Assembly (NCBI GenBank): GCA_964416925.1
Contig: CAYQFQ010000001.1
Coordinates: forward strand, 1 to 46,549
Length of the DNA stretch: 46,549 nucleotides
Reading direction: 5' to 3'
Source: an uncultured Candidatus Saccharibacteria bacterium
GTDB lineage: Bacteria > Patescibacteriota > Minisyncoccia > Phycocordibacterales > GWA1-40-21
This document shows positions 17,920-26,827 of the stretch, in pieces (position 1 is the stretch's first letter; every line of letters starts with the position of its first letter). The position numbers and the translations under genes are program-made. Under the pieces are notes generated by a model. It made no database searches. It saw only the letters and a program-made list of their open reading frames with translations, and was not told the DNA's origin.

Positions 17920-18699
17920 TTATAGCACGAAAATCAAGGCCCCCAAACCTATCATGATTAGCGATAAAATGACTCTAGAACGCTTCGTTCCGCCTCTCCT
18001 CACCTTATCTATAGTTTCAAGCATTTGCTTGTTTGCAACAGCAAATAGAGCGAGAACTAGCGGTAATACGAAGATAAGATTGTATATTATTAAATAGATT
18101 AAACCCCTCATAAAACTCGTCTGGTCGTGCAAAAGACCAAGCACAAAAACATACGGTCCTCCGGTACAAGGGAATTCAAATAGTCCAACAAGTATTCCCA
18201 TTATGAATGATGCAGGTACAGAAGCCTTTTCAATATAGGTAGCTATTTTTTGATGAGTAAATTCTGGTATTTTTAACTTAATCGGAAAATTTGGGAAAAT
18301 ATCCCCAAGAAGACCAATGAATCCAAAAACTATAATAAAGATCGCTCCCACCTTCCCCATTATGTTTGATATACCAAACACATCTAAAACCTTTAGCGCA
18401 CCGAGACCAATCAAAACGTAAGTTAGAAAAATTCCCAATATATATACGAGGCCAATTTTGATAATTTTATCTCTCAGACTTCCAAGGCTAAAAAGAAATG
18501 CGATTGTAAGGAACAATACTGAGAAGGCGCATGGATTTATACTATCCACAAGTGCTGCAGCACCCACAAGAAGTGGTAGCCAACCTTTGAATTCTTTAAT
18601 GCTTGGCAAATCTATATTAATGAGACCGGTAGAAATGAAAACCGTGAGGAGCACAAGTATGGTCAGGGCCAAAATACTAAAGAAAACTTTTTTGTTCAT
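17920..18699 (-). CDS. ccdA: cytochrome c biogenesis / thiol-disulfide transporter CcdA (DsbD TM domain)
   Basis: INPCAF and FPCTGGPY motifs in a polytopic membrane protein. Confidence 0.8.
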   Translation of the reverse strand: MNKKVFFSILALTILVLLTVFISTGLINIDLPSIKEFKGWLPLLVGAAALVDSINPCAFSVLFLTIAFLFSLGSLRDKIIKIGLVYILGIFLTYVLIGLGALKVLDVFGISNIMGKVGAIFIIVFGFIGLLGDIFPNFPIKLKIPEFTHQKIATYIEKASVPASFIMGILVGLFEFPCTGGPYVFVLGLLHDQTSFMRGLIYLIIYNLIFVLPLVLALFAVANKQMLETIDKVRRGGTKRSRVILSLIMIGLGALIFVL

Positions 18700-18768
18700 A
18701 GCTGAAGTCTATCAAAAAAATAGCTTGAACAAAAGCCTTTTTTTAGGTATTATGAGCATCTTAACCAT

Positions 18769-18839
18769 TGGGGGATCGTCTAATGGTAGGACTTCGCCCT
18801 CTGGAGGCGAGTATTTTGGTTCGAATCCAAGTCCCCCAG
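18769..18839 (+). tRNA. tRNA-Gln(CUG)
   Basis: Acceptor TGGGGGA/TCCCCCA, anticodon loop CTCTGGA, T arm TTTGG-TTCGAAT-CCAAG. Promoter TTGAAC-N17-TATTAT upstream. Confidence 0.9.
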
Positions 18840-19029
18840 CAAATTAAAGGCCGAAAGGCTTTTTTAATTTGCTGGGGGAAGTGAGTGATAGTATCACTCA
18901 CGCCTTGGATTCGAACGCCGGAATACATTTTTCTTAGCAAAGAAAAATATGAGGCGGTGCCTAGACTAATCATACGCGACGGCGTATGATTAAGCCGAAG
19001 GAGAAAGTGTATTCACGTATCCAAGTTCC
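18840..19029 (+). ncRNA. tRNA-Gln mirror trailer (cleanest member of the family)
   Basis: Hairpin 18841-18870 with GAAA loop. TGCTGGGGGA at 18870-18879 (anti-acceptor, 10/10). Hairpin 18880-18901. CTTGGATTCGAAC at 18904-18916 (anti-T, 13/13). U-rich stem with AGCA loop at 18927-18948. Hairpin 18967-18992. GGAGAAAGTGTATTCACGT. Closing ATCCAAG at 19019-19025. Confidence 0.55.
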
Positions 19030-19149
19030 ACAATAAACACTCATCAACATATTTGTCAGTACAAATTCTGTCACAACACACAAAGCAAATAAACCTAGAA
19101 ATTATCTGGTGAAAAAACAACAAGATTATCAGATTAAATAATTAAAATA

Positions 19150-20676
19150 ATGGAAACCCCAAAAGGACTTAGTTACAAAATAACAAATCCCGAATACAAA
19201 CTTAACCAAAAAGATTTACAAGAGGCAGAATCTCTTATTAAAGGAATTAATTATGACGAACGCACAACAAGACGGAGAACTGCTTTCATAGGTGACGGTT
19301 ATCGTTATGCATCGGAAGCTGTTCACAAACGTTGGGGATTAAACTATTGTTTTGTCGAGTTAGGACACGAAGAAACTAAAATTAGATATTTTTCTTCCTC
19401 AGTTAATAAACAAGCAGGGCATGTCTGGTGGAATAAGATTAAAAGCGACAATAATTTTATAGACAATATCATTAAAGAAACTACCAGTCTTCTTAAGCTG
19501 GGTGAGCTTAATAGGTATTTAGTTTTTAACGATAATTTTTCAAAATCAGAATTGAGCAAAAATATAATCAATTATCTTAATTGGACTGTTAAAATTCATG
19601 AATTCTCACAAATGTGGGCTGGTATCGATTATCTTAAGGAAATGGTTGACCATGAAGTGAGGGGCAGCTGGAATGGTACAGCAGACGAACTTGACAGGTT
19701 TATCTCTTCGATTTATCTTCCCTCTTCTATACCTCTACCAAACGCAGAAGAACGTGATTTATTGAAACTAGTACATCTAAGTGGTGATGACTTAAACTCA
19801 CAACTTGAAATTCATTTCAACAAATATAAGCATATTACCGTAAGGAATATAGATGACCCATCCTTGAGTTATGAATACTATTTGGATAGATTGCGAAGTT
19901 TAAAGATAGACAGTGAATATGAAAATATAAATAAAAAACTGAGTGATTTTGATAACCAGATAATTACAGCCGACAGACTTGTTAACGAGAGTAATTTACC
20001 AGAAAAAATAAAGAAAAGTATAAGTTTTATTAGATGGTTTTTATTCTTTCGCACTGAAATATCTGATTATTTCAGAATAACGAATGGTGTCTTTAGACCA
20101 GTTTTTTTGGCGCTATCAAAAATTTTTGGTGTATCATTTGAAGAAGTACTTAATATGACATACAAAGAGATTCTAGATTCGCTCGATATGGGATTATCAG
20201 ATAACCAAGAATTAAGAGAAACGATTTCAGATCGTACAAAAAATGGATATGGCTACTTAATCATTACACCACCGTACAAATCTTTTTTGGTTACAGGTAA
20301 AGAGATTGATGCTGTTGATATTTTTTTTAAGAAAAACACAAAGACAGAACAACCAAATACGATCAAAGGGAAATCGGCCTTTAAAGGAATTGTAACATCA
20401 ACAGCTAGAGTCATTATAGACAAATCGAAGGCAAATGAGTTAAAGGAGGGAGAAATTCTTGTTACACCAATGACTTCACCAGAGTTCTTTCATGTTATTA
20501 AAAAGTGTGCAGGTATCATTACTAATGAAGGAGGGATAACAACTCATGCGGCTATAATGGCCAGAGAGTTTAGTCTTCCTTGTGTCACAGGAACTCAAAT
20601 AGCCACGGAAATTATAAAAACCGGAGACAATATTACTCTTGATGCTGATACTGGTATTATTACCATTAACATTTAA
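19150..20676 (+). CDS. PEP-utilizing-enzyme mobile (phosphohistidine swivel) domain protein with a helical N-terminal region of about 400 aa and no ATP-grasp domain
   Basis: C-terminal GKSAFKGIVTSTARVI...EGEILVTPMTSPEF...GIITNEGGITTHAAIMAREFSLPCVTG is the PEP-utilizers domain with the TTH histidine. Confidence 0.75.
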   Translation: METPKGLSYKITNPEYKLNQKDLQEAESLIKGINYDERTTRRRTAFIGDGYRYASEAVHKRWGLNYCFVELGHEETKIRYFSSSVNKQAGHVWWNKIKSDNNFIDNIIKETTSLLKLGELNRYLVFNDNFSKSELSKNIINYLNWTVKIHEFSQMWAGIDYLKEMVDHEVRGSWNGTADELDRFISSIYLPSSIPLPNAEERDLLKLVHLSGDDLNSQLEIHFNKYKHITVRNIDDPSLSYEYYLDRLRSLKIDSEYENINKKLSDFDNQIITADRLVNESNLPEKIKKSISFIRWFLFFRTEISDYFRITNGVFRPVFLALSKIFGVSFEEVLNMTYKEILDSLDMGLSDNQELRETISDRTKNGYGYLIITPPYKSFLVTGKEIDAVDIFFKKNTKTEQPNTIKGKSAFKGIVTSTARVIIDKSKANELKEGEILVTPMTSPEFFHVIKKCAGIITNEGGITTHAAIMAREFSLPCVTGTQIATEIIKTGDNITLDADTGIITINI

Positions 20677-20767
20677 TAAGTTTTGATTTATTTTATATCA
20701 ATGATAATATGAGAATATTGAATATGGTTATTGACAGTTTTCTTGTTTAGGGCCTAAATAAATTATT

Positions 20768-21928
20768 ATGGAAAATCAAATAGAAAAAAAATTTATCAAT
20801 CCAGAAATTAACGATAAACCAGAATGGAAACTTATAGCTAGGTATGTAAAGTTTTTTCTAGAAAGCAGAACTATGGGAAGACGAGCCCATTCATGGGACC
20901 ATACTTTGTTCACAGCGAAACAATCTCTTGAAATTTTAGATAGATACCACAAAGACCAACCAGCTTCTGATGATGAGAGATTCTCAGTGTTCATCGCTTC
21001 CCTAATCCACGATATTATCCAACCAGATGATATAGTAAACAATGAATTATCTGAGCAAATGGAATCGGAATGGAATTTTAACAAAAGTGGCAGTGAATAT
21101 ACTGAGGGTGTAAAAGCATTAAATTATTTTGTTGATGAACTCAATAGGAAATCTGAAACTTTAAAAACTAGTGACGTCCAAGATAAATTACTAGAGATGT
21201 TAAACAGAAACAAAGATAATATATTAAAAATCTACACTGAAAAAGAAGCCAAGAATTTAAATGAATGGGAAAAAATTGGTGAGTCTTCTAAAGTCTTAAC
21301 TATCTCGGATATCCGTGGAAATTGGAATTCAGACGCAATTGTTAAATTGGCAGTAGCATATACATATATATATGGTAAAGACCCTTCAAAGAAATTAGAC
21401 GGAGACAACCTTATTGATTTACTGTCAACAAAAGTACTGAATAAATTAACTGTCTCGCCAAAAAATAAGGAGGACAACCCAGCCAAGTCGTTTTACTACG
21501 ATTTTTTTCATAATGAGAAAACAGTACAAGAAATCAAAGACATTTCACCAGAAACATATAAAGATTTTTATGAATCTATTAATCAACTCGAGGCCTTAAA
21601 ATTAGAAAAAGGATTACTTGACGATATGCCTGAAATTAAAGATATCTGCAAGAAAAACGGTATCGGAATATTTGGAATGGTTCATTTTTGGCATGATTTC
21701 GAAACTAAACATCACAATTCAACTTCACAAGAAGCGTATGCGGAATTTGTAAAATTTCTTTCTGAGAGGAAAGACGTAGATAGTATCATCGAGAAATATA
21801 ATCTTACTTCTGATGAAGCTGACATATTGAAAAGATTAGATATCGAGACAACAACAATCATGAATAAAATTAAGTCTTTTCAGGACGATCTTACTAATGC
21901 AGAAAACTATTTTGATGTTAAATTATGA
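20768..21928 (+). CDS. HD-superfamily phosphohydrolase-like protein
   Basis: HSWDH ... SLIHDI (H...HD) arrangement. The rest is unassigned. Confidence 0.5.
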   Translation: MENQIEKKFINPEINDKPEWKLIARYVKFFLESRTMGRRAHSWDHTLFTAKQSLEILDRYHKDQPASDDERFSVFIASLIHDIIQPDDIVNNELSEQMESEWNFNKSGSEYTEGVKALNYFVDELNRKSETLKTSDVQDKLLEMLNRNKDNILKIYTEKEAKNLNEWEKIGESSKVLTISDIRGNWNSDAIVKLAVAYTYIYGKDPSKKLDGDNLIDLLSTKVLNKLTVSPKNKEDNPAKSFYYDFFHNEKTVQEIKDISPETYKDFYESINQLEALKLEKGLLDDMPEIKDICKKNGIGIFGMVHFWHDFETKHHNSTSQEAYAEFVKFLSERKDVDSIIEKYNLTSDEADILKRLDIETTTIMNKIKSFQDDLTNAENYFDVKL

Positions 21929-23028
21929 TTAATTTAGAACAAATCAAAAAAGAAAATTACCAACGAGCATTCTTTTTTAAAAATCTCGGATATCTTTTTG
22001 TTGACTGTGCATTTGCTTGGTATAAAAATAGAGATTTTCTTGCCGTTTATCAAGATGGAATGCTAGGTCAATACATAAGTAACAATGCAGCAGATAAATG
22101 CCTAGAGGATGGGAAAAAAATTTTTAACAGCGAAAGAAATTTTCATCTATTTGAACAAGGTTTTCGTGAAGTAATAAAGGAAATAGAAGAATATTTACCA
22201 AAAGCTAAAAAGTTAGAAGAAGTAAAAATAAACGACTTTTTTGACCTAAGGGCCTTAACCAATAAAACCTTCTATTATTTTGAAAAAACAGAATTTTATT
22301 TTACCGACGGTTGTTATGCCGGGGAGATGAATAAACTACTACAAAAAAATTTATTAACACTTGGTGATGATTTGAAAGTAAAGGCCAGACCACTACTTGT
22401 AGAGTTACTAACAACAATTCCATATAAATTCACTGAAATAATTGCCCAGAAATACAATTTGGACAAAGAAGATATGAAATCTTATTCCTTTGATGAAATT
22501 CAAAAGTTAATACAGATAAATGAGCCGTTAGACCATAAAGTCATTGAAGAAAGAAAAGAATCATACGTGGTTTATTGCGAAAATAAATCAGTTATTTCAC
22601 AGGAGGGAGAAAATAAAAAAATAATATTAAAGAGATTTAAAGAACCAGACTATTCACAGACAACAGAATTTAAAGGTACTGTAGCTAGCAAGGGCAAAGT
22701 TATAGCTAAAGTAAAAGTCATATTACCCGAACTTCATCAAGACTACAATCTTTTTATAAAAAAGTTACATTCAATGGATATGGATCAGGGAGATATTTTG
22801 GTTACAGAGACAACCTCACCTGATTTTGTTCCTTTAATGAAGAAAGCTGGGGGTATTATTGCAAATCAAGGAGGCTTAAATTCCCATGCAGCGATTATGT
22901 CTAGAGAGCTTGGTGTTCCATGCTTGGTAGGAACATATCATGCCACTGATATTTTGAAAACTGGTGATTTGGTTGAACTTGATGCTAACAACGGAGTTGT
23001 TAGAATTTTAGAAAAAATTTCGAAATGA
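21925..23028 (+). CDS. PEP-utilizing-enzyme mobile domain protein (paralog of 19150-20676)
   Basis: C-terminal GTVASKGKVIAKVKVI...GDILVTETTSPDF...GIIANQGGLNSHAAIMSRELGVPCLVG. 4-nt overlap with the HD gene. Confidence 0.75.
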   Translation: MINLEQIKKENYQRAFFFKNLGYLFVDCAFAWYKNRDFLAVYQDGMLGQYISNNAADKCLEDGKKIFNSERNFHLFEQGFREVIKEIEEYLPKAKKLEEVKINDFFDLRALTNKTFYYFEKTEFYFTDGCYAGEMNKLLQKNLLTLGDDLKVKARPLLVELLTTIPYKFTEIIAQKYNLDKEDMKSYSFDEIQKLIQINEPLDHKVIEERKESYVVYCENKSVISQEGENKKIILKRFKEPDYSQTTEFKGTVASKGKVIAKVKVILPELHQDYNLFIKKLHSMDMDQGDILVTETTSPDFVPLMKKAGGIIANQGGLNSHAAIMSRELGVPCLVGTYHATDILKTGDLVELDANNGVVRILEKISK

Positions 23029-23062
23029 GATTCCGTCTTTATAAAACTCACACCTTGATTTT

Positions 23063-23590
23063 ATGCTCACAATAATTTTCGAAGCCCACGGCACAACATT
23101 TGATAACGAAGCACACCTATCATCAGGTCACAATGATGTGGCTCTTTCCCCTCTCGGTGAAAAACAATCTCTTGAAATGGGCGAACGATACAAAGACGAT
23201 CGTTTTGATGCTATTTTTGTATCAGATTTACAACGAGCGGTAAGAAGTGCCGAGATGGGTTTTGGAACTAAATGGCCTATTATAAAAGACGCCAGACTCC
23301 GCGAATGTAATTACGGAGACTTCACCCAACACCCAAGCGAAGAAGTTGATATACAGAAACCACTCAGGATCAATGAACCTTTTCCAAACGGTGAAAGCTA
23401 CACCCAAACAACAGAAAGAATGAAATCTTTTCTTGAAGATTTAAAAAAGAATTATGACGGAAAAAGAGTGATGATAATAGGTCACAGAGCCACACAATAC
23501 GGTCTTGATAATATAATCAATGACGTGTCACTTGAAAAACTCACAACAACTCATTTCAAATGGCAACCAGGATGGAAGTATAATTTCTAG
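23063..23590 (+). CDS. histidine phosphatase (phosphoglycerate mutase-like) family protein
   Basis: FEAHGTTFDN, LSPLGEKQ, SDLQRAVRSAE and IIGHRAT match the family. The usual RHG reads AHG. Confidence 0.7.
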   Translation: MLTIIFEAHGTTFDNEAHLSSGHNDVALSPLGEKQSLEMGERYKDDRFDAIFVSDLQRAVRSAEMGFGTKWPIIKDARLRECNYGDFTQHPSEEVDIQKPLRINEPFPNGESYTQTTERMKSFLEDLKKNYDGKRVMIIGHRATQYGLDNIINDVSLEKLTTTHFKWQPGWKYNF

Positions 23591-23669
23591 TCAAATAATT
23601 TTATTCCTCTATCAACTCAGTTCTAAAATCGAAATAGATTTATCTTTTAACTAGATATATAATAAATAA

Positions 23670-24395
23670 ATGGAACAAATAACTATTAAGGAAACTAATC
23701 TCGAACAAGTTTATAGGCATTCTGAAATCGGAGACTTAGAGGAAGACGCAACATCCTTAATTGAGAAATTAAAAGATAAAATTGATCAAGGATTCTATAC
23801 ACTCTTAGTGAGCGACGAAACGGGAGGGCGATTACCAACCCTTCTTGTTAGATCAATCATAAAAAAAATACATCCTAAAGCTAATTTACAAACGCTTTTT
23901 ATTAATGGAGGAAAAATGCTCCATATGTTAATACAAGACGACAAGCCTGATGAAGAAACAAGCTTCACTGAATATATAAAATTCATCACCGAAGAACACA
24001 ATAATGCATTGGTGGTAACTCAGGTAATGAGATCGGGATCGTCTTTGGCAATTTTAGCTTCAATGTTAAAAAATAGTGGTTGCAACCATGTTGATGTCGC
24101 AACAATTAGATCTGTTTTCGACGATATTATATACAGCGAGGACAAAAACCGAATTGGAAGTGGCGAGGTCTTTATCGGAAAAGAATATGCAGATACAAAT
24201 GAGTTTGATGATAAAAATAGAGAACTATCAGGTGTAACAAAAGTTGAAGGTTCGGTTGTCCATCCTAACTCAATAAAAAAACTTGTTGGTGAAGACGAAG
24301 CAAAAAAACAACAAATACAAGCAACAATAAATGAAGCTCGTGATGATATCAAGATTATGGCGGATCGAATTTACAGAAAAGTTTGGCATAAATAA
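23670..24395 (+). CDS. phosphoribosyltransferase-like protein (degenerate PRPP loop)
   Basis: LLVSDETGGRLPTLLV and ALVVTQVMRSGSSLAIL resemble type I PRTase motifs, but the acidic pair is TQ. Confidence 0.5.
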   Translation: MEQITIKETNLEQVYRHSEIGDLEEDATSLIEKLKDKIDQGFYTLLVSDETGGRLPTLLVRSIIKKIHPKANLQTLFINGGKMLHMLIQDDKPDEETSFTEYIKFITEEHNNALVVTQVMRSGSSLAILASMLKNSGCNHVDVATIRSVFDDIIYSEDKNRIGSGEVFIGKEYADTNEFDDKNRELSGVTKVEGSVVHPNSIKKLVGEDEAKKQQIQATINEARDDIKIMADRIYRKVWHK

Positions 24396-24399
24396 CTAA

Positions 24400-25173
24400 A
24401 TGAAACTAATAACTTTAAACACATGGGGTGGTAGAGCAGGAAAAGAAGGTCTCCTGTCATTTTTTGATAAATATAAATGCGACACGGATGTGTTTTGTTT
24501 ACAAGAAATATGGTCTGCTCCCCACGAACATCTCGAAGGGCTAAATGTTGGTGGAAAGAAACTAGACCATAAAAATATCATGGTTCATGGTGTTCAGGAC
24601 ATCTCTACTCTATTGTGTGATCATAATAAGTATTTCAGACCTCACCTTGCTGACCATTATGGGATAATGATACTTATTGATAATAAATTTGAAATTGTTG
24701 ATGAAGGTGAAGTTTTTGTATATAAACAAAAAGGTTACATACCTGACGGCGATGTTGGTAATCACGCAAGAAATATTCAATATGTCACCACAACATTAAA
24801 TGGTAAGCCAATAACTATAATAAATTTTCATGGATTGTGGAACGGCAAAGGCAAAACAGACACAGAAGACAGATTAAACCAGTCAAAGAATATTATAGAA
24901 TTCACAAAAACCCTAAAGGGAGATTTTATATTGTGCGGGGACTTTAATCTCCTCCCCTCCACAGAAAGCTTAAAACTTTTTGAATCCCACGGACTAAGAA
25001 ATCTAATTAAGGAATACAATATAACTTCTACCAGAACTTCGTTTTATGAGAAACCAGAAAAATTTGCTGACTACGTCTTTGCGACAGAAGGAATAAAGAT
25101 AAATGACTTTAAAGTACTCCCCGATGAAATCTCCGACCATGCTCCCATATTTTTAGATTTTGATATTATTTAA
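24400..25173 (+). CDS. endonuclease/exonuclease/phosphatase (EEP) family protein
   Basis: TLNTWGG, FCLQEI, CGDFNL and SDHAPI motifs. Confidence 0.8.
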   Translation: MKLITLNTWGGRAGKEGLLSFFDKYKCDTDVFCLQEIWSAPHEHLEGLNVGGKKLDHKNIMVHGVQDISTLLCDHNKYFRPHLADHYGIMILIDNKFEIVDEGEVFVYKQKGYIPDGDVGNHARNIQYVTTTLNGKPITIINFHGLWNGKGKTDTEDRLNQSKNIIEFTKTLKGDFILCGDFNLLPSTESLKLFESHGLRNLIKEYNITSTRTSFYEKPEKFADYVFATEGIKINDFKVLPDEISDHAPIFLDFDII

Positions 25174-25203
25174 ATTTGTTGTCACTTCAAACTTCATCGC
25201 CCT

Positions 25204-26283
25204 ATGCCCCTTCACATCACCAACCCTATCCTATCTTCTCAAATATTCATAGCACTTTTTGTCTTGTGTTTACTATTTTCTTTACGAAGAAAAACCACCG
25301 AAGGCTTATCACTTTCTGTGACTCAAGATTTAAAAGGCTTTGCAATACTAGCTATCATTTTTGCACATATTGGATATTTTCTTGTTAGTGACAATAATTT
25401 CTTATATCCTCTCTCAATACTTGCTGGGGTAGGTGTCAATCTTTTTTTGTTCTTATCTGGTTATGGACTAACAATAAGTTCACTTACAAAAGATTTTTCA
25501 TTAATAACATATTTCCGTCACCGCTTGTCTCGCTTATATATTCCTTACTGGCTTATTGCGATTGTCTTCCTTCTTCTTGATTTTATAATTTTGGGTATTT
25601 TCCGAGATTGGGGCACAACTTCTCAGATAATTCTTGGATTTATTCCGCGCGCAGACATATTTTTAGACTTTAACTCTCCTCTTTGGTATTTCACTTTCAC
25701 TATCTTTTATTCCTTAATATTTCCTTTTGTTTTTTCAAAAAAATATCCATGGATCTCTGCAATTATTTTGTATTTAATTGGCCTAATTCTCGTCTTCTCT
25801 AATTTACCAATCATACAAGAAGTGATACACCTATATAGAGTACACATTTTAGCCTTCCCCTTAGGAGTCTTACTCGCTGGTCTAATATTTAAATACAATT
25901 TACTTGCAATCCAAGCAAAGGAAATACTTACCAACACTAGATGGAAATATTATACATTTGTCGGCCTACTTCTTTGTACAATATATTACACTGCTATTCA
26001 CTCTAACGTTGGAGGGTATCCATTATTTGAAGAGCTAACAAGTTTGATTACTATCGGAGCACTTATACTACTATTTATTATTTCAAAAATAGAAAGCCGT
26101 TTATTTTTCTGGTTTGGAATATTTTCATACGAGATTTATCTATTCCATTGGCCAATTCTTTCTCGCTTTGATATTTTTTACAGATTTATCCCTGCTTGGC
26201 TTGCTACTATTCTCTATCTAATATTATTTATACTATTGGGTTGGGCAACTAACGTTATCGTAAAAAAAATTATTAAGTCGTAA
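25204..26283 (+). CDS. acyltransferase family 3 (OafA-like) membrane protein
   Basis: About 10 TM segments with N-terminal GFAILAIIFAHIG. Confidence 0.7.
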   Translation: MPLHITNPILSSQIFIALFVLCLLFSLRRKTTEGLSLSVTQDLKGFAILAIIFAHIGYFLVSDNNFLYPLSILAGVGVNLFLFLSGYGLTISSLTKDFSLITYFRHRLSRLYIPYWLIAIVFLLLDFIILGIFRDWGTTSQIILGFIPRADIFLDFNSPLWYFTFTIFYSLIFPFVFSKKYPWISAIILYLIGLILVFSNLPIIQEVIHLYRVHILAFPLGVLLAGLIFKYNLLAIQAKEILTNTRWKYYTFVGLLLCTIYYTAIHSNVGGYPLFEELTSLITIGALILLFIISKIESRLFFWFGIFSYEIYLFHWPILSRFDIFYRFIPAWLATILYLILFILLGWATNVIVKKIIKS

Positions 26284-26383
26284 TATATAAATTTCATAGT
26301 ACCAGTAATAAAGAAAGCAATCCGTCTTAATTAATCTGGTTTGCTTCGTCATTTCATTCCTCGCAAAGACAGAATAAAAAAAA

Positions 26384-26419
26384 GGAGCCCCTTCCGCGCA
26401 ACAAATGCGGTGGGGCTCC
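26384..26419 (-). terminator. rho-independent terminator of the GC-rich minus-strand unit
   Basis: GGAGCCCC..GGGGCTCC stem followed on the minus strand by T8. Confidence 0.7.
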
Positions 26420-26525
26420 GATGGACTCTTCTTCAACCGATGGTTCTTATTCTGATGTTACTCAGTAGTGACCTTCAGTCTAGCCTGTGTCCTATTGGGC
26501 TTTTGAGACTCGTGCGGCCCGCCCG

Positions 26526-26654
26526 TTACTCGTTCTTGACGAGGTGCCGGATGGTGCACGTGGCCGGGATGGCGGCGCCGATCGCGATGGAGGTGGAATT
26601 GGCCGAGCTCTGGCGAATGGTGATGCCGATCTGACCCGAATTGAACTGGCTCAT
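26526..26654 (-). CDS. possible 42-aa sORF (not in the ORF track)
   Basis: Translation: MSQFNSGQIGITIRQSSANSTSIAIGAAIPATCTIRHLVKNE. Weak SD (GGAAAG). About 60% GC. May instead be part of an ncRNA. Confidence 0.3.
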   Translation of the reverse strand: MSQFNSGQIGITIRQSSANSTSIAIGAAIPATCTIRHLVKNE

Positions 26655-26827
26655 GGCTTTCCGTAATTATCAACAGCATAAAACTATGGCTATAAACAAG
26701 GAGTCGTTTAAAGAATTAATAAGGGGTTGGTTCCGTAGAACCAGCCCCAGTTTGCCTGACAGCACTTCAAGTCTCAATCTTGTCTCAAATGAGCTTTACG
26801 CACCATCAAGTGGGTTCGCCGATTGAT

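Noticed and set aside
18458-18973. 129-aa (+) and 70-aa (-) ORFs
   Set aside because: They overlap the ccdA antisense strand, tRNA-Gln and its trailer.
19019-19029. ATCCAAGTTCC as the attR of a tRNA-Gln-integrated island covering 19150-26283
   Set aside because: The pseudo 3' end lies before the island, not at its far end. There is no integrase and no second copy near 26300. It belongs to the short trailer module instead.
25176-25388. 70-aa ORF overlapping the start of the acyltransferase gene
   Set aside because: It is an alternative frame of the same region. The 359-aa frame gives a coherent polytopic acyltransferase-3 protein.
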